This document shows, piece by piece, positions 26,220 to 39,772 of a stretch of DNA of 64,000 nucleotides (positions are counted from its first letter, which is position 1; the number at the start of each line of letters is the position of its first letter). Origin of the DNA: Felis catus (lineage: Eukaryota); the NCBI RefSeq assembly GCF_018350175.1, contig NC_058368.1, positions 125,676,001-125,740,000 of the forward strand, given 5' to 3'. Under the pieces are notes generated by a model. That model made no database searches, had not been told where the DNA came from, and saw only the letters and a program-made list of their open reading frames with translations. The position numbers and the translations under genes were made by a program.

Positions 26220-27500
26220 TTTTGTGACTTTTTATTTTGATATAATTTACATTTTGAGCTATCATCTCTCTTTCTTTAAATACACATATATACACACATG
26301 TATATGTGTAACTTAGAATATTAATACGTATTTTTGGAGAATAAGTTGAAAACATCATTTCCTTTTACTCTTAAATGTATGTGTGATTTCCAGGAACAAG
26401 GATATTCTTTCATAGAACCACAACAGAGCTAGTGATTACAGGAAAATTTAGCACTAATTTAATACTATTATCTATACTCTATATTCAAATGTTATCAGTT
26501 GTCCCAGCAATATCCATTATAGCTCTTCTTTTCCTGGTTCTGGATCCAATCCAGCATCAAACATTGCTTGATCTAGATCTTGTTTGATCATGTTAGTTAT
26601 TGCTTGTTAGTTCTTGTTCTATTTAGTCGCCTTTTACCTGAAACTTTTCTGTCTCATGTTTGCTCATCATAGCTCCTGGCAGTGCATTTTGGCAGGAATG
26701 TCAGCAAAAAGATGTTCTGTCCATTTCAATGTACCATTTCAAGAGTCACATAAGGTCCATGTGTCCCAAGTTTGGTGATAGCTTTGAATGTTTGGTTGAG
26801 GTAAAATGTCTCCCAGATATTTCTGTGTCAAGTTACTCTTCTTCCCTTTGCAATGAACAAGTAATTTGTGGAAATATTTTGAGACTATACATATAACTTC
26901 TTTTATCAAAATTTCATGTACTAATTCTGATATTCATTAATAATTTTCTAACTTCATCCTATCTTTCATATTTATTACTTGGGCGTTATACTGCAAGGAA
27001 GAATTTTCTCTTCTCTCTATATATTTGTTTATTTGTTTATTTCAGAATGGACTCAGGAGCTTTATTTCATTCAAATAGTTATAATTCATCACCAACAACA
27101 TTTTTTAAAAATGTTTTTAATGTTAATTTATTTTTTTTGAGAGAGAGACATACAGAGTGAGAGCAGGGAAAGGCAGAGAGAAGAGGGAGACACAGAATCT
27201 GAAGCAGGCTCCAGGCTCTGAGCTGTGAGCACAGAGCCCAATATGGGGCTTGAACCCACGAACTGTGAGATCATGACCTGAGCTGAAGTCGGATGCTCAA
27301 CCGACTGAGCCACCCAGGTGCCCCAACATTTTTTTTTTTTTTTTTTTTTTTTTGGTGCTCAAGTTGTTTCAGACTACGTCAGACTGGTTCTTGCATACTT
27401 TTGATCCAATTTTTTGAGAGCTCCTTACTTCACAGAGCTCATCTTATACTTTCCCTGCCTCAGCCCCAGAATCAGGCCTTAGTCCTAGGTGCTTTAGCTT
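26220..27500 (-). mobile_element. Ancient L1MC-like 3' fragment, interrupted by a SINE
   Basis: aacaaggatattctttcatagaaccacaa and tttggcaggaatgtca motifs resemble the 21500-23340 element. Confidence 0.5.
27107..27324 (-). mobile_element. Can-SINE
   Basis: TSD aacatttttt at 27097-27106 and 27325-27334. Confidence 0.94.
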
Positions 27501-28777
27501 TCCTTTTTGATTTAATCAGATCACATTTGTGCTGTTATGTGGTTTTCCAAACATCTTCTCACTAGCCCCCAACACAACTCTGTATCCCACACTTGGCAGC
27601 CTCCTTCCTACTTTTGCATGTCCACAGCACCAACTTCTCCCTTGTTCACACTCTGTTCCTTTTGCTGCCCACCAAGACCCGGTTCCTTTCTCCTCTCTGA
27701 GAAAGATGCATGTAAAGAAGAACTGCTGTGACATCTGTAACTCATTCATCCCCAGGCTTGATTCCACTAAATTGGCTGGCTAGTCAAATGCCTTGCTTCT
27801 TAGGGGATTCTGATATGGTTCCAGAAGCTGCTCAATAGGAAAAAAAGTTTAACATCTTAAGAAGACTTAAAAACACTTTTTTTTAAAGTGAAATGTTATA
27901 GGAATATCTTCAATCCTTAGCAATAATTTCTAACATATTCTTGAGTTCGCCCTGCAAAGATTTTCCTGAGAAACCCCAGTCCACATTCATTTCTCCCCTC
28001 TTTGAACTCCTACTGCACTTGGAGTCTGAACCACACAATTTAGCTTTTGTTTATGTGCCCAGTTTTTCTCTGATTGCTTCAAGTTTTCCATAATGGTTAT
28101 TAACTCCTTCAGGGGAAAGACTGTTTTCTATGTATACATATATATGATTTCTCCCACAGCATCTGGGCTCAGTCCCCACACACAAATACACACACAGTTC
28201 CTAGTCCTACACCACACACATGTAGGTACATTAAGAAATGACTGTTGAGGAAATTAATTCTGATCATAAAATTCACACAGCCAGTTAGAGAAATGGGACT
28301 AGAACGTAGGTCCCATGAGATACACACCTATGTTTTCTCAATTCTAATGTATTATAAATATTCCCAAATTTGGCCATCTGTTTAAGAGTACTATATTGTA
28401 CCCGATTATCAGCATCCTGTAATATTGCATGTTTTATCCCTTTTTTGAAAAAGCTAGAATAAAAACTCCATAGAGGTGGAAGATGGGGGATAGTATGGAT
28501 CTCTGACATCCATAGGTAATCTCTAAGCCCAATGAAGGCACCCTGTGCCAGAAGCAGAACAGATTATTTTCTTACCTTCCTCTGGCTGACTTCTGCCTAG
28601 CAGTTGAAGTCAGGATGTTATCTTGACAGTAGAAAAAAAGGAATCTGGATGTCTGCATTATCCATGGTTTGATTATTCATTAGTCTGACTTCTATTTATT
28701 ATATATATTTCCCATTAAATCTATTTCACAGGTATTCATTTTAATTTTTAGAAATATTCAATTTTTAGAAATATTTA

Positions 28778-28966
28778 TGGGTGGTCTGGGTAGCTCAGTT
28801 GGTTAAGCATCCAACTTCAGCTCAGGTCATGATCTCTTGGTTTGTGAGATGCCCCATATTGTGCTCTGCACTGACACTGAGAGCCTACTTGGAATTCTCT
28901 ATCTCTTTCTCTGCCCCTCCCCTACTTGTGTTCTCTCTCAAAATAAATACACAAGCTTAAAAGAAG
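28778..28966 (+). mobile_element. Can-SINE (diverged)
   Basis: TSD gaaatattta at 28768-28777 and 28967-28976. Confidence 0.9.
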
Positions 28967-29049
28967 GAAATATTTAGATTTTAAATGCTTGTGCCTAAAA
29001 AAAAGCCATATTGAATTCTTATTCCAAAACCTTTGTGGAATCTACTTTT

Positions 29050-29400
29050 TTGATATTTTATTCATTAATTCATGAAACACTTTAATATGTGCCATGGACT
29101 GTGCTAGACTCTGGGGTAAGGAAAGTTTTGCTGAGGAAGTGACATAGAAGGTAAGGCCTGAGGGATGAGCAGAAGCTGCCAGGTGACACCTGGGAAGAAG
29201 AGGGCGGCAGCGGAGGAAGCCACACAGGAGGTGTCTGGGGTGTGAAGGAGCTTCGAGAAAATGTCCAGAATATAGTGAGAGCAAGGAGTGGTTTGGAGGA
29301 GATTACACATGTAGGCAGAAACTCTATCAGAAGGGCCTTGTAGTACACATAAGAGTTTGGGTCTTATGTCAAATTCAAGGTTTTAAAGTAAAGTAGAAGA
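29050..29400 (-). mobile_element. Decayed L2 3' fragment
   Basis: ttcattaattcatgaaacactttaatatgtgcca...tgtgctagactctgggg resembles an L2 terminus. Confidence 0.55.
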
Positions 29401-30183
29401 GCCTCAGCAACTTGTAGCAAGCAGCTTCTTATTTCTTACTAGCCCTTATTAGCACTATAATGTGGTTTAGTGATTGATGTCTACAAAAACAACTCTTTTC
29501 ATAAAGAAAAGTGTATATTGTATGTCCTGTAATCTTGGTAGGAAGGCAGAAAAGTTGTATAATATGCTGTTGAAAGATTTCTTTTTTCACCACAAAGATT
29601 TAAAAGTGTGTTGGAAGTGAAAGGGGTAAACTGCAGTTATCCAGAAAACAAAAACAAAAACAAAAACAAACTATGTGTTCATCCCAGTTGCATTCTGACT
29701 TGTAGCCTTTTAACTTAGTATACAAAATTCATCATAACATATGCAAAAAGCTTTAGAATCTTTATAGAACTATTGGTTTTCATCTACCATTTATTATGCA
29801 AGGGAAACTTGATGCTGTATTGTTCCAGCCTAAGACCACTCTTCCTTCTGTCGTTAAATTTTACTTGTTTAATTTCCCTAAGAGATGTCAAAATTATATT
29901 TTCAATAACTTGTATGTATTTCATTGTATTCTTCATGATCTTAGGAGAAGATGCATAGTTCTTTACATAAAGGATGCCTAACATTTGTCATGAACAAAAC
30001 AAATTCATAACTTTAGTTACATGTCTAATGTAGCTGTCACTGTATACTACGCTTTTTTTCCAATCAAAATATAACTATAGGATTACTACTTAGGACATTA
30101 CTTGGGGAAATAATTATTATTTGGAGAGACAATAAGGAGGGAGAATAGCATTTAGATCATAGGTGATATTAAAAGCCCCAAGA

Positions 30184-30375
30184 CGGGCACCTGGGTGGCT
30201 CAGTTGATTGAGTGGCCAACTCTTGATTTTGTCTTAGGTCATGATCTCACAGTTCGTGAGTTCAAGCCCTGAGTGAGGCTCTGTGTTCCTCTGTGAGGAA
30301 CTAGCTTGAGATTTTCTCTCTCCCTCTTTCCTTCTCTCTGTCTTTCCCTCAAAATAAATAAATAAACATTTAAAA
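30184..30375 (+). mobile_element. Can-SINE
   Basis: TSD aaaagcc(c/a)caaga at 30171-30183 and 30376-30388. Confidence 0.93.
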
Positions 30376-31279
30376 AAAAGCCACAAGAAATAGAAAAGAG
30401 AAACTTATCTTCTAGGAAGTAAGTCATGGGACAAATTACCCAAGTCAGTGATTTCAAATAGAGTGTAATGTATTGCTGAGACTCAGGAAAATGACAAGAT
30501 CTTTTGGTCTCAACAGAAATTTAAGGAGGAAATAGATCTATGAAAAGGTAATAGGATAGGTTATTTTACATAACCACAAAGTAAGCTGGATTCAGGGGCA
30601 CCTAGAATATACTAAAAACCACTTGACAAAACTTCTACCATCTCCCCCAAATGCTAAGTGCTACAACTTACCCAAGCAGTGCTCAATCCTATTGTCATTG
30701 TCCTGGTTCTCTCTTCTATGTGTCTCTGGCTCTCAATTCAAGTTCCAGGGGGAATTCTCAGAGTTTTCCACAGTGTAAGGCAGGCCTTCACCTTTCAAAG
30801 ACTTACAGTGGAGACTTTCCCAAACACACGAATGTACAGTGGCCAAAAAATATGACAGTTTCTTACATAGTTCAACCCTTTGGATATCCTTTGAACACAT
30901 GTTCATTTACAAACATTGGTTCCGGGCTTCTAGAAATAATCCTTGACAACCAAGGCACTGTTCTCTCCTTCCCAAAATGAGGAATCCCAGAACCTCACCC
31001 TTGATGCAAGCAGTGTCTAGTTCAGAACTTCTGGGAAATGCCCAGCCTTCCTCCGATTCTGTCAGTCACACGTCCATGTTCTGTAACCTGTTGACTAAAT
31101 TGAAAATGTATTACCATCACACTCTGTATAAAATTGTGGAGGAAGAGACAAATTAGTTGAAATATATAAATATAAGTCTGTATATAGTAAGGAAAAGAAC
31201 ATAATTACATATGTGTGACACTAGGTCATAGATAGGATTTCTTTTTTCTACACTTCATTTAACATTTTTTTGACTTCAC

Positions 31280-31760
31280 TCAAGAATTTTGATCCCTTAA
31301 GGGTCTAACCCCTGGTGGTAGTGCCTGTTTAGGGTTTCTGGGGCTGGCTGTTATTGTTTTTAGCATAAGTAAGTATTAAGTATTTTGAGTAAGTATTTTT
31401 AGTTTCCATCCTTTTTTTTTCAACATCTGCATTGTATTTCAGTCCCTCTATGTCCCCTAGACAGTCAGGATCAGCAAAAAATGAAACCTTTTTTCTCAGT
31501 TTTTACTGATCCTCCCAATACCAGGGGAAGCCCCAAATATACAAGTGTTTTTTCTCAACTTCTGATTGTATAGAATCACATTTATGTCCCCTAGTGAAAG
31601 TATTCTTCCCATAGGTACTAAAGCCCTCTGTCAGCAGAGCCTAAAGTAGCAGGAATAGCAAATGTTTTCTGTTTGTTTCACAAGTGTGTGTCATGTCCCA
31701 TCTTGAGGCTGGAAGCTGTATCTCATATTGCTGTGTTCTGAAGGACTTGGAATGAAGTGT
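31280..31760 (-). mobile_element. ERVL-class endogenous retrovirus internal remnant (end of pol / dUTPase region)
   Basis: Minus strand reads cctgctactttaggctctgctg...tcactaggggacataaatgtgattc...gctgatcctgactgtctaggggac, resembling ERVL internal sequence as I recall it; extent uncertain, may run from ~30450. Confidence 0.5.
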
Positions 31761-33253
31761 GATAGGATCTCAGAATTAGGCTCTGCTGCTGAAGAGGCTT
31801 CCTTAGCACTTTGAGAATGGGGGAATGGAGAACCTGATCAGCTATAAAGGTGATTGCTGCAATGGGAAGCCAATGGTCTAGTGTATAGTGCTCAAGGGTC
31901 ATCTTTAACTTGGGCTTGATTATAGCAACTTTTCATTTCTATTATATAATGATATTCAGTGTCCTGGCTGGAATTCATATCAGACATAACACTATGGCAT
32001 ATTCTAATGTGATGTGTCTATTTATAGCCTGAGTCTCTGAACTAGCTACAGGTACAATGAATAAGATCCAGCCCTCCAGAGAAAGGGACAGTCAAGAGCT
32101 AGGCTGTGTGTGTGAGAGAGTCCTGTCAAGTAATCTGTAGTGTACAGCAGGGCCACAAGCCTAGGAGGATATTAGAGTGTCATGCACACAAACTGATGAG
32201 TGCAGTAAGGCCACAATGGGTTGGAATAGTTGGCAAGTGAGTAGTTCTACAGATACCTCGGGCTTTTCTAAGCAATTCAAGTGTGAAATGGATGGCAGAG
32301 AAATTCTTGACTGTACTTACTGATGGACTAATAATGTTGGTGAATCCATGTGGTGGTTTGAATGTTGGTTGACTCAGAAGTTGTTGGGGTTGCGTTTCAG
32401 ATTTAGAACATCAGTGGCCCCAATAAAAGGGACAAGGGGAGTAGAGCTGAAAACAGGAATAGTGTTGTACCAAATGTGAAGCAGGGTAGGAAAATGATCC
32501 AAGCTTGCTCACTTTTCAAATGTGATAGGCAAAGCCTTTGTACCATTTTTGGAGAAAATCACAGTGGTCTAAGAGAGAATGTCAAGACATAGTACCTGAA
32601 TGAAAAGAAATACTATGTGTAAAATTTAACAAGTAAACAAACATAAAGAATAAAAACAAGGCCTAGAGATATGACACCACTTACAGTTGTGAAAATGACA
32701 GGGACATGAAAAAAGCTAGTCATAAAGCCATGGCTATAGTTAAAGACAAAATTGTACAATTACTTGGGAATGACATAACCAGAAGAGTGTACTGTATTTG
32801 AGCTCTATGACATGCAGTGGTATATTTGTTGCAAAGCTTTGCTCCTACTGGAGGAATGTTATAGTCAAAATTACAAGTACTGACCACATTACAAAACTAC
32901 TGAATTGATTTACTTTTGACAGCACATTTTCCCATGGGCCAGCAGAGAGAAGAGTGTCAGTATAGATGTGAGTCTGGTACTGGAAATTCAGACCAGGAAA
33001 CCATTAGCTGGCCAACCATACTCACCACTCAAGCATTAATTCACAGCCCTAGACATTACAGAGAGGCCTACTTCTTTCTAATCTTTAAGGTCTAGGCTTT
33101 AGAAATGAATGCCCATGATGTTATGTACCAGCCTATGTTAACACCATCTTTGTTTTTTGTATTGAAAGTGACTTTGACCCACTTCTGTTGAGGCAAATAT
33201 CACGATCATTCCATTGCATTTCATTTGGTGGAGAATTTAACTTAAAATGTAAG

Positions 33254-33283
<30 letters not shown>
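33254..33283. repeat. (AAC)10 microsatellite
   Basis: Read directly. Confidence 0.95.
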
Positions 33284-33285
<2 letters not shown>

Positions 33286-34354
33286 AAACATGACCAAATG
33301 GTAAGCCAGAATTTCACAACTTAATCTCACGTAAATATTGTCAACTTATTTATTTTTTTTGCTAGCTTAATTTTAGCCAATATAAAGCTACTAAAATAAA
33401 AATAAAATTGCTGTCTAAATTGTGAATCTTGGAATAATATGGCTCAGCACTATTCATTTCTTTTACTTTGAATAAGAAGAATAGCTTTGCTAAAAAATGA
33501 AGTTAGTACATCAGGAACTCAAATTTAAGGGGAAAAAAAGACCACCTGTTTCATTCAGCATTTTTCTCCCCTTTTCAGCATGTAATTAAATACAACACAC
33601 ATCAATTTGAATTGCCAACCATTAACTAAACCATAATAAGTTTTAGTTAGGAAAGTATGCTAGACTCTTCTCTTACATCTCTCATATAACTCTTAGAAAT
33701 ACTCAACAAATCCTTGTTGATGTTGACTTCTTTCCTATTGCAGTAGGACATAATGACATTTGGAGGATTTGTTACACTGGAACCATTTCTAGTCTAGACA
33801 GAGATTAGCTGCTATCTCATATTTTAGTTACAAATAAAATGGTATTCCAATGAGGCAATCTCTCTGTGTCCATACTTTTGGAAGAGCACATAATGGAAAA
33901 CAATAGCTATATATCTAAGAGGAAAACAAAGTCTTAGAAAAATAATGTAGGTAGACAAGGTGTTTACTTATAGCACATGTGTAATAGAAGTCCTTAGTGG
34001 GGCTTGAACACAGTGAGAGCAGAGGGCAGTAAGGACACAGGGGAGGAAGGTGGCTTGCACATTGAGGAGTTGCTTTTCAGTATTGAAAGCCAAGTAGGCT
34101 TTTAATTTAGGCAAGAGGAAATGCCAACAGAGGATTAGAACCGAAGAAACTGAATGTGCAAAGGCATTGAAGAGAGAGAATGAAATATGTGGGAATTGAA
34201 AATAGTTCCTCTCTTGTTTGTAGTCTGAAATTCTTTAGAGAATCAGGTAAGAAAGATTAGAAAGTGTCTATTGACTAAGAAATCCTGGGTGTTCTTTAAC
34301 CATTTTCCTGGAATAGAAAGAGGGGGATGAGGGATAGTGAGGTAGGGGGATAGT

Positions 34355-34540
34355 TTGCAGAGCCTGGGGTCTTTAGAGGCTGCTCAGGGGCTGCCTAGAC
34401 AAGGCCAGGTAGAGGGTTCTGTGCTCACTGTCCCGTCTTTCAACCAGGGAAGTTGGCATGTGTTTATTTTCTGTCTTAGGGTTCCACATTAGATTTCATT
34501 TGAAAAGTAGGGTTCTGTTACTTAAAAAAATCATTAAAAA
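34355..34540. mobile_element. hAT-Charlie MITE remnant (MER103/MER112-like)
   Basis: gggttccacattagatttcatttgaaaagtagggttctg motif. Confidence 0.45.
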
Positions 34541-34570
34541 ATAAGAATAAGTGGGAAGTAAGACAACTAA

Positions 34571-34787
34571 AATTTTTTTAATGTTTATTTATTTTGAGAG
34601 GGACAGAGAGAAAAACAGAGCATGAGCAGGGGAGAGGCAGAGAGAGGGGGAGATACAGAATCCCAAGCAGACACCAGGCTCTGAGCTGTCAGCATGGAGC
34701 CCAACGTGGGGCTTAAACACACGAACTGTAAGATCATGACCTGAGCCAAAGTAAGACACCCAACCAACTGAGTCACCCAGGCACCCC
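34571..34787 (-). mobile_element. Can-SINE
   Basis: TSD gaagtaagacaa(c/t)taa at 34555-34570 and 34789-34804. Confidence 0.95.
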
Positions 34788-35366
34788 AGAAGTAAGACAA
34801 TTAAGATACCTGTACAAGGTAGCTGAAGAAGGAGAGCTATTGCAGTACTAGAGGGGGATCTGGAGACATAATAAAAAATCTGTGTTGTTAAGGTAGAACC
34901 ATGATAAGCTTGCTTCTTTTTAGGTTGAGAAGTGAGAACTGTCAGAAGGTTAAAGTTTGATATAAAGGGTGATGGGACATGTGGGGACACTGACCTGAGG
35001 TCCTATCACAGATAGGAATGGGCCAAATCCATAGCTGACATGAGTAGATTTGTGTTCTCTTCACTTTATAAACTATAAAGAAAGCTTAAGGATATCCTTT
35101 GACTTTTTTTTTCTTTTAGGCTTTAAACAAACATTTAAATAAACACATTTCTTAAAAGAGCTAATTATCATGCCTAGGTATTATTTGGTACTTTTGTCAA
35201 GATACCATTATCTGATTATTTTCTCTATGGCATAAAACTTGACAGGAGTTAAGTATACCAACTATCTCCAAATACAACTTGACCAAAGGTCAGCTCTTTT
35301 TATGGTTGTGATAGGAATGCATTGAACAAATAATGAAAGTCACTTTTATGTGCTTTTTTCCCACAG

Positions 35367-35425
35367 ACTCCCAGAGTGGACTGAGTCTTTGAAAAGCCCA
35401 ATCACCATTCCAGTCTTCAGGACAG
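35367..35425 (+). other. Weak candidate internal exon (59 nt)
   Basis: tgtgcttttttcccacag acceptor, CAG|GTGAAA donor, one open frame (LPEWTESLKSPITIPVFRT); peptide not recognised. Confidence 0.28.
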
Positions 35426-37340
35426 GTGAAAACTCGATATACTTTTTTCTCCTTAGAATCCAGGTAGAGAAATTTTTATAATCTGCTTTAAAACTTCCTC
35501 TAGCCATTAGCAAGATTTCCAAGAGATGGGTTTCTCTTCATGAAACTGCATTTGTATTGCTGCCAGTGTAGTAGAATCTCTCACACCTCAGAGGAGACGG
35601 AAAACAGCCACTCACTGCCTTCTGTGTGAGTAGAATTGCAGGCTGCAGAGACCTCGGTTCTTACTGTGATACGGCCAAATACATACTCGTTCCATTTCTC
35701 CTGTCATTTCTTGTTGCAGAAGTAGCTGAAATCCACTGTAATTTAAGGCCTGCTGTTCAAGTTGTAGCCCAAAGACAGTAACATCAATATCATCATCTTC
35801 TGAATAAGATTCTGTCTTTTAATGGGATATCTCAGGTGATTCATATGATTCATATGATCTCAGATGATTCATATTATTCATTCATATGTGTAGGAACCAC
35901 TCACTGCATTAGGAGATTTTTTGGAATCATTATGCATGGGCTGGCCGGCCCTTAGAATCCTTTTCCCCAGTGGCTGGCTCTTTAGGCTTGTGTCTTTCTC
36001 TTACACATCTTTGTATTTGTCGTGCCTGGCACAGTGCCTGACACCAGGCCCTTTGATTTGATTTAGTGCCACAGTTCATTTCATGTGTACTGAATGAGTT
36101 CCAGAATCAGCACGTTACAGTATAATCCTACCTGTGCCATAGGAGATGCATGGGAACTATTTCTCTGAATCTAGCTTTGTACCAAAGGCCAGACACCGTG
36201 AAACAGAGAACCCTACTCCAAATTGATAACCTCTTTTTTTCACCTGGAATGTCTCCCTTTCTTAGAGTAACTCTGCCTTTCCATGTTTCCTTTTTTTTGG
36301 GATTTGGATGATCTTGTGCTGTTGAATTAATTTGTTTTTTTTTTTTTTTTATCTCTCACTTTACCTTCATCCCAAGTGACTGATGCTAGTGGCAGAGGGT
36401 ATTTGTTGAGTTATTTTTGTATCTTGCCTTTATCCATTAGCTTTCACCAAAGTGACACTTTCGAGGAATCTGGTGGTAAAAAGGAAGGATACTGAAGGCT
36501 TTTTTTTCCCCACCAGCATCTTCAAGAAGTTTTTTCTCCCAGATTGTAACAATAGCTTTGATTTTACTTTTTGTCTGCTCTAAGCAGTATGATAAATAAC
36601 CTTAGCCTGATAACGTTTGCTTATTTTTAGCCATTTGTAATTTTTCTTTCACACTCACTCTACCACTGCATGCTTTTGAAGTGAAAGTGACAGTTTTCCT
36701 AAGAACATTTCCGCTTTCCCTTTCTGCTTCTTTCCTTCACACTCATACCGTGGGCTGTTCATATATAGAGTGTTTTGTGGAGTGACGAAGATGAATTATT
36801 CCTGTTATGTGCAAAGATAGTTATTTTACCCATTGCCTAAAACGAGAAGAGTCAAAGGATACTGCACAGCTTTAATCTGTCAGCAAAAGCTCAAGAGAAC
36901 GGAGTTGCAAGTTGAAGAACACATTTCTAAAACATCTGTCCACGTTAAACTAAGACCAAATATTGGTACCAGTGTTCGACACAGTTCAATTTTGATCTCT
37001 AATTTCACCAAAATCAGTAGGGATGGAGAATGACAGCTAGGGGTGGTGGCTTTCATAGTCTATCAGAGAATGCACAGATGAAGTATTGAAAACACTCTAA
37101 ATGATCCTGATATAATCTTGTGTCTAAATCTCCTGTGTGTATATATCCTAGGAGGGGTTCAAGTGGAGGGAAATAAACTATTATTGTGGTTGCCAAAATT
37201 TAGGTAAGAAATTGGGACTTTCTGAATGTTAATTGGTGACTCTATCGCCTTGAGTCAAATGCAAGATGGGAAGTGTCACTGCAGATACTTATCAGCAGAG
37301 AAAACTATCCAGGATTGCTAAAATTATGGCAGGTTGAATT

Positions 37341-37537
37341 CTTTTTTAGTTTTTAAAAATGTTTATTTATTTATTTTGAGAGAGAGACAGAGAGTGTGAT
37401 CAGAAAAGAGAGAGAGAGAGACACAGAATCCAAAACAGACTCCAGGCTCTGAGCTGTCAGCACAGAGCCTGATGCAGGGCTTGAACCCATGAACCAGGGG
37501 ATCATGACCTGAGCTGAAGTCGGATGCCAGGTGCCCC
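37341..37537 (-). mobile_element. Can-SINE with deleted A-box segment
   Basis: TSD tggcaggttg(a/c)att at 37327-37340 and 37538-37551; cggatgc joins directly to caggtgcccc. Confidence 0.93.
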
Positions 37538-39019
37538 TGGCAGGTTGCATTTTGCTTCAAACATCCATAGCAGTCTCTCCTCAGTGACCATCCTGAAGGA
37601 CGAAATGGTTCTTAACTGAATAAAAAGCACCTTGGAGGATGTCGACCAAACACGAATGAAAGATGATTTTTAGAAGGACTCCTCAAGCTTGAAACACCTA
37701 AGTAGATGTAGAACAAATATTTTCAGTGAAATCTGTGCTCCAACCCAGATGCAACCTATAGAAAGATCCTGGCACCTCCCTACATTTTGAAACTTATGGT
37801 TTTACTGTAGAAAATGAAAAGCTTTGCATTATCTCCCTGTCAAAGGATATTTGTGAATTCTGTTTTCTTTTTATGGTTTGTATGTTGGGAGAATGATTTT
37901 AGGGTCAGAGTTGGTCAGACTCTACCTCTGATCCCTTAGAACCAGTGATTTCCCTCCCCCTGCCCCCCCCCCCCCATTAACCACGGAGTGGACAACTCTT
38001 CTGCTGGTAGTGGGAACATTAAAATTATTCCCTTAGATTTGGTTGATTTTAGTCATTTGATGGTGTCTTCAAAAAACCAGTGCTCTTGCTTCATATTGTC
38101 TTCTCCTTGACTCCAGTACAACTCTAGGTTTTTCCCAGGGATGTTTGTCCAGAAGTGTGGAAACCACGGTATGTGCAGTAGAGTTTTAGTATTGACTTTA
38201 GGTTAATTAGAGCTGTTAGAGACTGAGTAGGAGAGACTGTCAACAGAGACTCCTGAAAGTTAAAATACAAGTTCTGCTTACTAACTCCATGCCTGTTTTT
38301 CTGAGAAATATCTACTGTCTGTCTGGAAAATCACAAATCCTTTTTACTTTTTTTCTCTTTTTCGTCCCACACATTCCTTTTAAAAATTAACTTTTCTCTT
38401 TAGTGCCACAGCTCAGGTGATCTCTGACACATCCTTATTTCAAGGTTCATCTCTCTGTAATTCATTAGACAAAGGAGATTTTAAGCTCACAGGGATCTTT
38501 ATCCATTCAGGGGAAGAAAGGGCCTCCTTTAAAATAGTAAATGAGGGGATTTGTAGAAAGACAAAGATATTTTTTTCCAGACCTGCTCTGTCACTTAGAT
38601 CAATGTTAAGGCCATTAATGCTTTGATTTATGTTTGGGGGTAAGAGAACAAAGGAATCACACTCAGTTAGAATTGGGTTCCACATAGAGGCATTAGAACA
38701 TTGTAATTGTGCATTTGTGTGGTCTATTGATAAAGGAAGAGAAGTGTTATGCTGATTTCCCTATTTTGTTCCAGGCCAAAGCTGTGGCCAGCTTCTTCAA
38801 GCTGTGACTCCTGAAACTGATTTTAGCATTTACTTCTAATACCAGAATAAGTATCAAAATATTTTCAAAGAGACTAGTGGCAGTGCAAAGTGATTGGAGA
38901 CAGGGATTTGGGACAGCCCTCTCTTGCCAGTGTCCACTACCTTCCCACAGATCCCGGGGCTTCTATGTGTCCTCACTGTGCTTTCTCCTTTCTCCTAATG
39001 TAATCCTCATCTTGCTGCT

Positions 39020-39056
39020 TTTTAAAAAAAATTCTTTTGGATGTTTATTTATTTTT

Positions 39057-39088
<32 letters not shown>

Positions 39089-39277
39089 CAGAGACAGAGA
39101 GACAGACAGAGCATGAGTGGGGTAGGGCAGAAAGAGAGGGAGACGCAGAATCCGAAGCAGGCTCCAGACTCTGAGCTGTCTGCACAGAGCCTAATGTGGG
39201 CCTCGAAGCCACAGGCCATGAGATCATGACCTGAGCTGAAGTTGGATGCTCAACCAACGAAGCCACCCAGGTGCTCC
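39020..39277 (-). mobile_element. Can-SINE with (GAGACA)n expansion
   Basis: Decayed TSD cctcat...ctgct on both sides; full head and tail. Confidence 0.93.
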
Positions 39278-39772
39278 CTCATGTCACTGCTCTGAAATAG
39301 CCTGGTCATTCTCTGTCTTTTCTACTTCCATGATGAGAATAGCTGTAATGCCTTTTCTCAGGGCCTGGCATGCCTGAGGACTTCACTTAATATGTACTTG
39401 ATTAATAAGGAGAAAACAAAGAGGCTGGACTGATAGAGAAAGCTTGTGAGTCATGTGGACTTTGAGAATGGTACTTAGATCACTTTCAGAAGTAGAAAAG
39501 GAGAGAAAATGAAGTCTGCACCATTGGGCATTTTCTCATTCTGTGTAACAACTCATTCAAGTTTGATTCATTTATCTATTTGGGAGGTAATGTAGACAGG
39601 ACCATTTGAAGGCTGACAGAAGGTAGCCTATCATCTAAGGGCAAAGTTGCCATACATGCTATAAACACTTTAGATTTTGAGGTATCTTTCTCAGATTAAA
39701 GAAGAAGGCATAAGATTTTTAAAACTATCTCCTGTATCTAGAGCAAGCAATGTTTTAAAATATTCTCTTTGG

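Noticed and set aside
28575..28621. Minus-strand exon candidate (tttttttctactgtcaag ... AAG|GTAAGA)
   Set aside because: Only ~46 nt, weak AAG acceptor, unrecognised peptide and no partner exons; consistent with chance.
35825..35890. Repeated tgattcata motif as a regulatory array
   Set aside because: It lies in a MER5-like remnant (caggtgattcatatg) with local slippage duplications.
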